The translations under genes and the position numbers were made by a program. The notes under the pieces were generated by a model. It saw only the letters and a list, made by a program, of their open reading frames with translations, was not told where the DNA came from and searched no databases. Of a stretch of 64,000 nucleotides of DNA, positions 15,391 through 26,700 are shown one piece after another. Source of the stretch: the human T2T-CHM13v2.0 reference genome, Homo sapiens; the NCBI RefSeq assembly GCF_009914755.1, contig NC_060940.1; one strand, written 5' to 3'. Every line of letters starts with the position of its first letter. Position 1 is the stretch's first letter.

Positions 15391-15584
15391 CAGCCGTGTC
15401 CAACCCTTTGACTACAAGGACTTTTCCGCCTATCTGTGGTGGTGGGTATCATGAAAATTATGCACAAACCTTTTTTTTTCTTTAAGCTCATCAGCCGTTG
15501 TTAGCATTAGTGTATTTTATGTGCGGCCCAGGAGCATTCTTCTTCCAATGTGGCCCCGAGAAGCCAAAAGACTGGACACCTGTG
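15391..15584 (-). mobile_element. MER30-family hAT-Charlie MITE
   Basis: CAGCCGTGTCCAA / TGGACACCTGTG termini; perfect 8-bp TSD CACTAGAT at 15383-15390 and 15585-15592. Confidence 0.88.
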
Positions 15585-15703
15585 CACTAGATCAAAAGGC
15601 TACTCCTTCTGGAAGCAATTGTAAAGAATTTCTGACATTATCTTGACATGAAAACCAATGGATAGTGGGAGAGAATGCAAAATCTTCAAGAATTTTTCTT
15701 GAC

Positions 15704-15965
15704 TTTTTTTTTTTTTTTGAGTCACGGTCTTGCTCTGTGGCCCAGGCTGGAGTACACTGGTGAGATCACAGCTCAGTGCAGGATCAAGTGCTCCTTCCGC
15801 CTCAGCCACAGTAGTAGCTGGGGCTACAGATGCGCACAACCACCCCTGGCTAATATTTTATTTTTTGTAGAGATGGGGTCTCACTATATTGTCCAGGTTG
15901 GTCTCAAACTCCTTGACTTAAGGGATCCAGGACAGGATAACAGGTGGGAGCCACCACACCTGGCC
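15704..15965 (-). mobile_element. AluJ with internal deletions
   Basis: polyT then GGTCTTGCTCTGTGGCCCAGGCTGGAGT..TTTTGTAGAGATGGGGTCTCACTAT..GAGCCACCACACCTGGCC. Confidence 0.88.
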
Positions 15966-16790
15966 ATGTGCATGAACTTTTAAGACAAACACAAGGCCCT
16001 ACACAAGTTAAGGTTTTCCCACCTAATTTCCAGGGGGATCTTTTGGTGCAAGGCTGAGAAGCCCTTAAAAGTACACAGACAACTCCAAAGATTCAAGACA
16101 GTTCATTCGGGCTGAGCCAGCCCACTGGGCAGACTGACCTTCAAAAAAGGCCCACCAATGACATACACCAGATGGCTCTCCAAGAATCTCTTCAGTCCTC
16201 AGGGTCCCTAAGGTACTGGATAGAGCTAGGAAAGCAAACCCATTTGCTTCTTCCTGCAGGAAACCCCTTGAGGTCAAGACCCCACAATCAGACGAGGATG
16301 GAGTGGCTCACCCTCAGTCAACAGGCCAGACTCAAGGTGGTATAATGCCTTAACCAAGGGTGTGGGCCTCCAGGTCTGACTCCCAACTCAGTTCTTCTTT
16401 AATAACACTTTGTTTATTCTCCTTAACAGGGGTTCCTGGCAAGTCAGTTCTCCCTCAGGCCTTCGGTTCCCTCACCTACAAGATGAGAGGCCTGGACTAG
16501 ATGGAAATTCAGGGGGTAAGGGGATGTCTGCGCGCAGCCCACCCCCACCCCCACGGGACCCTGGAGCCTCCATCCCAGTTCCCACCATGCACCCACTCCA
16601 CAAATCCTGCCCAAGGTGAGGGCTGGTCCCGGGTCCTCTGGCTGCTGCATCAGCAAGTGCAGGAGGGAGGGGAAGCCTCCAAGAGGGTGACATGAGCTCA
16701 ATGATGCAACTTGGCCAGGAGTGAACTGGGGCCCCGAAGGAGGTGTCCGGGCCGCTACTGGAGCCCAGCCCGGGTCCCCGAACCCCTTAC

Positions 16791-17012
16791 CTCAAGAGTC
16801 CATATCTCCTGCTGGGTGAGGTCGCTGGACACAGCGCACTTACTGCACAGGCTGCCAATGAAGATGACGATGAGCTTCTGGAGCTGCCCGCACTGCTGCA
16901 GCGCCCCGCTGGCCGCAGCCCCTGCGCCACCCTCTGCGGCCTTCGCATCACTCCCGCCACCGCCCTCCTTCTTCTCTCCCATCGCCTCCGCGCGCAGCGC
17001 CGCTCTATGCAG
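16791..17012 (-). pseudogene. KSR1P1: Non-processed duplicate of KSR1 (kinase suppressor of Ras 1) coding exon 1, KSR1P1-like
   Basis: Translates [74 protein letters not shown], versus recalled KSR1 N-terminus [77 protein letters not shown]. Ends at a GAG|GTAAGG donor (GT at 16790-16789). No further KSR1 exons seen. Exact paralog identity (KSR1P1 or another copy) is uncertain. Confidence 0.92.
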
Positions 17013-17163
17013 GCCACAGGGGCCTAGGCAGGGAGCCCGGGGCACCAGCGCCTAGGCAAGGAACCCCTGAGCCAGGAGAGCTGGACCAGGAGCGCCCCTT
17101 GGCGCTGCCCTTGCCAGGACGCCAGTAGAGCTGGCAGCCGAGTCTGCTGCTCCCGCGCTCAGA
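17013..17163 (-). promoter_or_regulatory. KSR1-derived GC-rich 5'UTR/proximal promoter remnant
   Basis: GC-rich non-repetitive sequence directly upstream of the KSR1-like coding start, merging into the GC array. Confidence 0.6.
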
Positions 17164-19072
17164 GCCACGGCGGCGGGGGCAAAAAGCCGCGGCGGCTAAA
17201 AGCGGCGGCAACGGGGGCAAAAAGTCACGGCGGCAAAAAGCCGCGGCGGCGGGGACAAAAAGCCGCTGTGGCGGGGGCAAAAAGCGGCGGCGAGGGGGGC
17301 AAAAACCCGCGGCGGCGGGGGCAAAAAGCCGCGGAGGCGGGGGTAAAAAGCAGTGGGAGCAAAAAACCATATAATGTCGCGGCGGCGAGGGGCAAAAAGG
17401 TGCAAAAGCAGCGGTGGCGCGGGCAAAAAGCACCGCGGCAAAAAGCCGCGGCAGCGGGGGCACAAAGACGCAAAAAGCCGCAGTGGGGGAGGGGCAAAAA
17501 GCCGCCTCGGCGGTGGGCAAAAAGCCGCGACGTCGGGGGGCAAAAATCCGCAGCGGGCAAAAAGCCGGGTCGGCGGGGGGGCATAAAGCCGGGGCGGGCA
17601 AAAAGCTGGGCGTCAAAAAGCCACGGCGGCGGGGGGCAAAAAGCCGCGCTGGCGGGGGGGCAGAAAGCCGCGGCCGGCGAAAAGCCGCGGCGGCGGGCGG
17701 CAAAAAGCCGCGACGTTGGGAGGCAAAAAGCCGCGGCGGCGGGGGTGCGAAACGCCGCGACGGGCAAAAAGTCGCGGCGGCGGGGTGGCAAAAAGCCGCG
17801 ACAGCGGGGGGCAAAAACTCGTGGCGGGCAGAAAGCCGCGGCAGCTGTGGTGCGAAAAGCTGCGGCGGGTAAAAAGCTGCGGAGGCAAAAAGCCGCGGCG
17901 GCGGGGGTGCAAAAAGCCGCGACAGCGGGGGTCAAAAAGCCATGGTGGGCAAAAAGCCGCGGCAGCGGAGTGGGCGGGGGGGGACGAAAAGCCGCGGCAG
18001 GTGAAAAGCCGCGGCGGCAAAAAGCCCCGGCGGCGGTGGTGCAAAAAGCCGCGGCGGCGGGGAAAAAGCCGCGGCGGCGGTGGAACAAAAAGCCGAGGCG
18101 CGCAAAAAGCCGCGGTGGTGGGGGAGCAAAAAGCCGCGGCGGCGGAGAGCAAAAAGCCGCCGCGAGGGGGGCAAAACGCCGCGGCGGGCAAAAAGCCGCG
18201 GCGGCGGCGGGGGGCAAAAACCCGCGACGGGCATAAAACCGCGGCGGCAGGGGGCAAAAAGCCGCGGCGGCGGGGGTGCAAAAAGCCGCGACAGCGGGGG
18301 GCAAAAAGCCAAGGTGGGCAAAAAGCCCCGGCAGCGGGGGGGGGGGCGAAAAGCCTTGGTGGGTAAAAAGCAGCAGCGGCAAAAAGCCACGGTGGCAGGG
18401 GGGCAAAAAGCCGCGGCGGCAGCGGGGCAAAAAGTCGCGGCGGACGAAAAGCCGCGGCGGCGGGGGGGCAAAAAGCAGCGGCGGCGGGGGGGCAAAACGC
18501 CGCGGCGGCGAGGGGGGCACATAGCCGCGGCGGGCAAAAAGCCGAGGCGGGGTGGGGGCAAAAAGCCGCGGCGGCGGTGGGGCAAAAAGCTACGGCGGCG
18601 GTGGGTAAAAGCCGCGGCGGGCAGAAAGCCGTGGCAGGCAAAAAGCCGAGGCGGGGTGGGGGCAAAAAGCCGCGGCGGGTAAAAAGCCGCGGGGGGAGCG
18701 GGGAAAAAGCCGCGGCGGCGGGGGCGCAAAAAGTGGCGGGTGGCAAAAAGCCGCGGCGGGGGCGCAAAAAGTGGCGGGTGTCAAAAAGCGGCGGCGAGGG
18801 GCAAAAAGCCGAGGCGGCGGTGGGGGCAAAAAGCCATGGTGGCAAAATTCGCAGCGGCGAGGGGTCAAAAAGCCGCAGCGGGCAAAAATCCCTGGCTCCG
18901 GGAGGGGACACAAAGCCGTGGCGGGCAAAAAGCTGAGGCGGTGTGGCGGGAAAAAGCCGCGGCGGCGGTGGGGGCAAAAGCCGCGGCGGCGGTCGGGGGA
19001 AAAGCCGTGTCGGCGCTGGGGCAAAAAGCCGCGGCGGCGGGGTGCAAAAGGCCGCAGCGGCGGAGGGCAAAA
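17164..19072 (+). repeat. GC-rich CAAAAAG-type pericentromeric tandem repeat (unit ~17-23 bp, GGCAAAAAGCCGCGGCGGCGGG); CpG island-like
   Basis: ~1.9 kb of A4-6 tracts alternating with GCCGCGGCGG(G)n. This repeat class is known from human pericentromeric duplication boundaries. Confidence 0.95.
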
Positions 19073-19099
19073 TAGTGGAGATGGGGTAGAAGGCCGGCA

Positions 19100-19560
19100 C
19101 AGCTTGGCATTGCTGGAGTGTGATGTGATAGGAAATGTGCAGCCAAAGACAAAAAAAGATGTAAGTAGGCTTGACTCATTGCAGCTAAGAACCCAGATGT
19201 TATCTTGAGGGTATTAACTAATAAGCAGTTTAAATCAGAATGGCACATTCTGATTTGTTTTTTGTATGTTCACATTTGGCAGGCATAGATACTGATTGAA
19301 GAGAGAAAAGTCAGTAGATAGAGGTAACGAAATTAAATATGTGCCAAGTCTAGAAACAAGAGACCAGGGGGATAAGAACCTTTCAAAATAAAATGCAAGA
19401 TTTGAAAACTGATTGGCTGGGGGATGAGGAAAAGGCAGGTCTTTAAGGTCAATCCCTGTTTTGCTTTAAGTTGTTAGGGGGCGGTTTTATCACATATTGT
19501 AGAATATGTCATTTCAGTTTTGAACATCTGGAGTTAAATTGTCCTAACATATCTTATGAA
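19100..19560 (-). mobile_element. L2 fragment, degraded
   Basis: GATTTGAAAACTGATTGG..TTCAGTTTTGAACATCTGGAGTTAAATTGTCCTAACATATC resembles antisense L2. Confidence 0.45.
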
Positions 19561-21489
19561 TTTGATTTTCTTCCCTGGGAAGCTAATATTTCAAACACTT
19601 AAAGAGTATGTAGATTTCCAACTTTTATCCAATTTATAAAACTATCTCTAGGCTGCTGATTTCAGGAGGAGGCTCATGAATATTCTCTTTGCAGAGAATA
19701 TATCAGGAGTTAACAACAGCTTCAATATTTGTGGACGACCAGTTAATTAAGCCACCTCTTAGTGTATTTAGAAGGGAAATCTTAGCTGAAGATATTCAAT
19801 AATGAACCAAGAGTGACTAAAAAATTCAATATTGAAGTATATTTCATTGTAATTAATTTGAATTGAAGTAGCCATATACAGCTAGTATTTACTACATTGA
19901 ACAATGCAAATAAGAGGAAAAAATTAATAACCATCTCAATACCACATGCCAAAATCATCATCAATTTATTCTAGCTAAAGGAGTTGATCAGAAGCAGCAG
20001 TTGAAAGCACCAACTAAACCAGCTGGGGTTAGTTCACTGTAATTCTCTCAGAACCATCTCTTCTCTGAACAAAACAACTACAAGAGTTCATTGTGAATCT
20101 GCATTCTCCTTGACTATTTTAAGGTTTTGATGTTGACACTAATTTGTGAGATCCCTCCTGCGGTGTGATATTTCGTTTTCCTTGCTTTCTGTTAGGACAA
20201 GAATGCTTCAGCTCTTAATTTAAAATTATGTTTCTCCTTCCTAGGTTGAGTGAACTTAGAATGCATTCTCTGACATATCCAAGTTTTTGTTAATATGTAT
20301 TTCGGGAAAAAAAGCATATTTAATTAGCTAAGACTACTTATTCTAGGCTTGACCCTATGTTCGACATCTTTTGAATTTCTAGTTGCATGGGCTGCTGTCT
20401 GAAACTGGTTAGTGACCTGGAAGCTATATTAATGTTAGGGGAGGTGGTGTATGAGCATTAGAGGTATCCTTGCAAGGAAAGACTTGTCTTATCTCAATAT
20501 GTCTTTTTTTTTGCACACAAGAAAGTCAATGTTTGAGTCTTCTAAAATCTTCCTATTTCCAAGTTGCAGAGTACCACTGATTCCTAAACAAAGACCTAAT
20601 TTTTGACTCAGAGACGTGGCGAGGTAGTGAATCACCATTATAATTTAACAATCTTCAAGATAAAATTATCTCTGATGTTTAGATTTTGCCCAATTATTAA
20701 GATATTTGGGTGTTTTGTTAAGAATGGAAGACTCTAGTCTCTTGAGCAGAGACTATAAAGGCCTCAGATGATCATTTTTAATTTTATGCTCTTTTCTTTA
20801 ACACCTTCAACACAGTTGGAATTAGCCGATATTCCCCAGAGTTGTTGTGTTTTTTAAACCAAATGCATGGTTCAGTGGTAGAAAACTGGGCTGATCCAAG
20901 CTGTTTTCAGTAAACACTTCATTTCAGGTGACCTATTTCATATTAAATAATCTCTAGATCCTGTCTTTGGAACTAACTAGATCAGATAACCTACCCTGGA
21001 TTCTCTCCTTTTAGGGTCTGTGAGCTGCAGTCACTTTTGTGAAAATGATTGCAATGACAAGATAGAGTTGTAGATGGGAAAAATGTTTTGGCTAATTTAA
21101 GCATAGTGGTATTTCATATGAGAATTTAAGTTACACACATTTGAAAATTATAATGGAGTCTCTTGGCTGAGCTTTAAAAAAATAGCTTTTAGGCTAAAAA
21201 GGGAACAACTACCTCTCCTAAAATCAGAAAGATGTTACAGTAATTCTCCATTCTCTAGAATTAGCAAGAAGCACCTTTGTGATGATTTACTTTTGCTCTT
21301 GGGAGTGTGAGCCCGTGTAGTCTTGGAACCATCAATTAGAATGGTGGCTTTCTGATCCCAAAGTCATTCGTTCTGAAAACAATATTTTTCATAAATTTGA
21401 AAGTGAGAAGTTTTGATCTTGCCATTCCCAAGTAACTCTCTTAATAAGAGGCATCAGCATGCTTCAGTGACAGCTGTCACCTTCCAGTG

Positions 21490-22262
21490 CTGAGAGTCAT
21501 CTTTGAGTTCTCCATTTCACTCCCTACTCTCCAATTTAGCTGCAGTTCTCTTGGCCAGTCCTATGAAATACATCCATGGCCTAACGACTTCTCACCACTA
21601 CTACCACTCATCCTGACAGCATTCTCACCTAAGTCACTAACTTTTTTCTCTGGATTAGAGTAGCCTCCCCATTTATTTGCTCACATAACCTATTTATTCT
21701 ACACAGTGCACCAGATACACCTCTTTGAAATGCAAACACAATCATGTTATTCTCTGGTGAAATTATCTCATATATTCCTATCGCATTTAAAATTAATTCA
21801 GAATCATCCCATGATTATCAAAACCCTACATGCTGTTCCACAACGTGGTTTACTTCCAAGATATCTCTTCAACTTTTTTTTCACTGTACTGAATTGGTGA
21901 CTAATAGTCATATTTTTGTTTTTGCTCAAAAAGTCTTGACTTGTAAATTTTTCAATTTCTCCTTTATCCACAGGTAACTCTTTCCTCATAAGGCGAATTG
22001 CTTGCTTCCTTGAGTTCTGCTCTCAAAGATACCCTTCATTTTCTACCTAATATTAATAACTTTAATCATTCATTATTCCATTACTATACTCTATAGTGTA
22101 TACAATTTCTGTTCTTTGTCATGTTATTAACTAAATTATTTATTTGGTCCAGTAACGTAGTCCATACATATTGTACACATAAAAATTGTGTTATTTTTAT
22201 TCCTGTATACTCAGCTGCCCAATAACAGTCTGAGGATTAACATATTTGTTAAATGCACAAAT
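21490..22262 (+). mobile_element. L2a-like 3' fragment
   Basis: ACTTCTCACCACT..ATTCTACACAGTGCACCAGA..TTTGAAATGCAAAC..ATCATGTTA..ATATTTGTTAAATG typical of L2 3' end. Confidence 0.6.
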
Positions 22263-22594
22263 ACATTCTTTCACAAATATTAGTTTAATAATTTTATATT
22301 AAACTCCCTCTATACTTACAATATGAATTAGATAATTCAGAATAAACGTTCCATTGGAAAAAACTGAACAATGTGTTATAAAAACATCCTTGAAAGCACC
22401 AGAAAGTTAATACAGCAATGAAGAATGACAGGACCAAATTAAGAATGGTATGAAAGCCTGTTTGTGACGTTTATGTTTGGGTTATCTCTTTACTTAGAGT
22501 GACTATAAATCTCAAAAGAGAACTAAAGGGAGAAATAACCATATCTACTAACATGGTAAGGGTACTTAAACATCTCCTAGTAATTGAGAAAATC

Positions 22595-22740
22595 GAAAGA
22601 AAAGAAAAAAGAGAAAGGGAGAAAGAAACAGCGAAAGGGATAATGAAGGAGAGAAAGAAGAAGAGCAAGGAAGAGGAAGAAAAGTAAAAAGGAGGAGGAG
22701 GGGTATGGAGGAAGGAAGAAAGGTGAAAAGAAAGAATGGT
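22595..22740. repeat. GA-rich low-complexity tract
   Basis: Near-pure purine run. Confidence 0.85.
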
Positions 22741-24344
22741 AAACTTTTTAACAACATAATTTATCCTTCTAGAATATGAATGTTGGTCTATTTGATGATG
22801 TCCCACAGATTCATTAGTCTCTGCTCATTGTTTATTTTTTATTCTTTCTGTTTCTCAGAGTCAGTATTTTCCATTTTCTTCTCTTCAAGTTCATGGCTTC
22901 TTCTGTGTGTGCAAATATACTCTTAAATCCCTCTGGTGATTTTTAAATTTTTATCATTGTAGTTTTCCACTCCAGAATTTCTGTTATCTCTTTGCTGATA
23001 TTCCTACTTTTTAATATTTTTTCTGATTCCTTTATTGCTTTGTTTATGTTTTCCTTTTGACATTTAAGTATAATAAAAGAGTTGTTTTAAAGTCTTTGTC
23101 TAGTAAGTTTGATGTCTGGGTTTCCTTAGGGATATTTTCTGTCAATTTGTTTTGTTCCTTTGAATGAGCCACACTTTCCCATTCTTTGTATGCCTTGTAA
23201 AGTTTTTTGAAAACTGGACATTCTAATAATTATAATTGCTATGTGGTCACTCTGTAAATCAGACCCCCCCCTACAAACACAGTAATTTTTTGTGGTTTTA
23301 AATTTTCTTTACTTATTATATCGTTAAGGATTTTTTTTTTGAGTGAAATTTTCCAAAGTGATTTACAAAACTGTTTGCTTTATAAGGTGTGGTCACTGAA
23401 GTCTTTTTGTTTCCTTAACAAATGTTAAGCTAATGTTTTGACAGTGATTTTCTTGTATGTCAGGAACCAAACAGGCAAATACAAGAAAAACAAAAAGAAA
23501 AGCAAGTAATCATTGTCCAGCAAAATATGTCTCTAGGCCATGCAGACTGGCTTTGTGCTGGGTTCTTTAAAGCCGGCACAAAGTGTGTGTTCACTCTTGC
23601 ACTGAGTGAAGTTCAAGTTCACTCTTGCACAGAGCTTGCACTGAGGGGAGGGATCGGCCAAGGTAAAAGCGTAGTGTCTTCTTATGACATTTGTCAGCAT
23701 GTGGCTTAACCTATAAATACATGTGACTTTCTAGACTCTCCCATGTACGTGAATGATTTTGCATGTCTTAGTTTTTGAAATACTCTTCTCCAACTTTGCT
23801 TGCTGTGCTGAAGGTGATCTACTATATGTGTAAACTTTAATTTTTGCCCTAAGCATCTGTGGTTTGTTAGGTCTCTTTGCAGAGTTTCTTAATAATGTCC
23901 ATTCCTTATCTGTTCTGTATTCTAGCAACACAGAAAAAAAAAAAAAGCCTTTCATGAGTCCTTTAGGTATCCCCCAGACCAGTCAGAACAGACACATAAT
24001 AATTTGCGGGTAAGATCTTCTCTTGTTCCTTTGGACCATGTACCAGTCTTCCTCACTGGGAACGTGGGCTTCTGTCACTTCACAACTGCCAATTTCCTGG
24101 AGCAAAGGCAAGTTAAAAATGTCGTAAAGTTTTCCAGCTGTCTTTTTCTTGAGTCTGCTTTCACTTGGTTGTAATCTTTTGACCATTTTCCAGAGTTTTG
24201 GCAAAGATTATTTGGACAGTTTCTCTTAGTTGTGTGATGTTTCTGTGGGGAAATGAAAGATTGCAGCTGTCTCCACTGCCATTTTGCTGATGCTCCTCTT
24301 TTGTCAATTTTTGCTTCATGTTATTATGCTTTGTTATTCGTTCA

Positions 24345-24768
24345 TGTATTAGTTTTCTAGGGCTGCCATAACCAAGTAACACAAACTGGGTGCCTTGAAC
24401 AACGTACATTTATAGTCTTATAGTCCTGGAAGCTAAAAGTCTGAGACTGAGGTTTCAGCAGGGATGGTCCCTTCAAGGGCTATGAGAGAAAGCATGTTCT
24501 GTGCCTTGTTTCTCCCTTCTGGTGGTTTAGTGGCAGTCTTTGGCATTCCTTGGCTAATCCCTGCCCTCATAATCACATAGTACTCTCCCTGTGTGTATGT
24601 CTCCCTCTACTCAAATTTCTTCTTTTAATAAGGACATCAGTCATATTGAATTCAGGCTCATCTGATTGGATCTTAACTTGATCAGCTGCAAAGAACCTAT
24701 TTCCTAATGAGGTCATATTCAGTGGTTAGAATTTCAGCACCTATATAGAGGAAACAATTTAGCTCATA
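24345..24768 (-). mobile_element. MLT1C-like MaLR solo LTR
   Basis: TGTATTAGTTTTCTAGGGCTGCCATAAC..AAACTGGGTG..AAGGACATCAGTCATATTG..CTATTTCCTAATGAGGTCATATTC. Confidence 0.8.
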
Positions 24769-25441
24769 TCTGTGCATACATGATTGTAATAGCTATGTCT
24801 TCCTAAAGCGTTGACCCCCTTTTTACTACAATATAAATTTTTAAAATCCTATTCACATTTTTAATAGTCTATATTGTGTGTTATGAGTATAATGAGTTCA
24901 GTGTTCTTATGATTGTTCTTTGCATGATATTTTTTGTCATCTTTTTACTTTCAATCCATTAGTATCCTTGCATCTCAGCATATATTGGGATCACTTGTTT
25001 TAATCCAGTCTGACAATCTCTGCCTCTGGAATGGATTTTAATCTGCTCACATTTAAGGTTATAATTGGTATAATTATATTTATGTCTGCCATTTTACCGT
25101 TTGTTTTATATATTTCTCAAATATTTTTCTTTATTGTTTTATTTTGCAATGAAAGAATATTTTCTAAAATATGGAACTTTAGATTACTAATGAATTATTT
25201 TATTATATATTTTTGAGAATTTTTGTTGCTGTTGTAAGTTTACCATATAGGTATATGGAAAATTAATTATTCAAATCATCTTGCAATTTATACTAGTAAA
25301 TTTTAGTAATACATAGAAACATCATTCTTATATAAATCTCTTTTATTTCCTCCATTTTAAAGTATTATCACTTTACACATTACATCTATTAAAGTTACAA
25401 AGCCAACAATACATTTTAGTAATTATTACTTTACCATCTAG

Positions 25442-25868
<427 letters not shown>

Positions 25869-26239
25869 ATTATACACATGTTATTTAATAAACAATGTAT
25901 GATAAAGAGAAAAAATGCATTTTTACTGCCTTTTATAATGTCAATATTACGTATACCAGTGCTTTTTTTAAAAATGTGGATTCAAGTGACTGTCTTCTGT
26001 AACTTGCTTTTAGCCTTAGGAATTTATTTTAGAGTTTTTTTTTATATGGTAGGTCGGTCAGCAACAACTTCAGTTAATATTTCTGTTTATCTGGGTAAGT
26101 CTTTGTGTTATCTTCATTTTTGAAAAATAATTGCTGGATAAGGAATTCGTGGCTGAGAGTTTTTTTTCCTTTGCATCTTTTAAATATATTATTCTACTGC
26201 CTCTTGCCTTCAATTGTTTCTCTTAAGTCAGCTGTTAAT

Positions 26240-26700
26240 CTCACAAAACATAGGTGCTCAAAAAGTAAACATGTGCCTGAATATTTACAGCAGTAATATT
26301 CATATAGTCAAAAAGTGGAAACAATCCATATCTTGTTGACTCATAAATGGACACCCAATTTTCAGCTATAACAAAGAATGAAGTACTTATATATGGTATA
26401 ATATTGGTGAAATTTGAAAGCATTATGTTAAGTGCACAGAAGGACAAATATTACTTGATTTTATTCACATGAAACATCAGGAATTGGCAAATCAATTGGG
26501 ATATAAATCAGATAAGTGGTCATTAGGGCTCAGGGAAGCAGAATAGGGTATAACAACTTTATGCATAAGGGGTTTTTGGAAGAGACATGATGAAATTGCC
26601 CAGGAACATGGTGAACATACTAAAAGCAAGTGCATTGTATGCTTTAAAATGGTTGTTATTAATTTTATATTATGTGATTTTACCTTAAAAAACAAAAAAG
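26240..26700 (+). mobile_element. L1MB-type 3' end
   Basis: AAAAAGTGGAAACAATCCA..GCATTATGTTAAGTG..TTTAAAATGGTT..TATGTGATTTTACCTTAAAAAA. Confidence 0.75.

Larger units (their letters stand above)
14004..16790 (-). other. Presumed duplicated 5' part of KSR1 intron 1
   Basis: Follows the GAG|GTAAGG donor of the KSR1-like exon, has higher GC than the backbone, and ends abruptly at the CATTT array. Extent is inferred, not aligned. Confidence 0.6.

Noticed and set aside
17164-19072. CRISPR-like repeat/spacer appearance
   Set aside because: Eukaryotic context, no unique spacers, no cas genes; it is a degenerate minisatellite.
17005-19248. ORFs of 100-495 aa on both strands, K/R/A/G-rich (histone H1- or protamine-like) or P/A/F/R-rich
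   Set aside because: Stop-poor GC tandem repeat is open in most frames. None joins the KSR1 frame, which has an in-frame TAG at 17054-17052.
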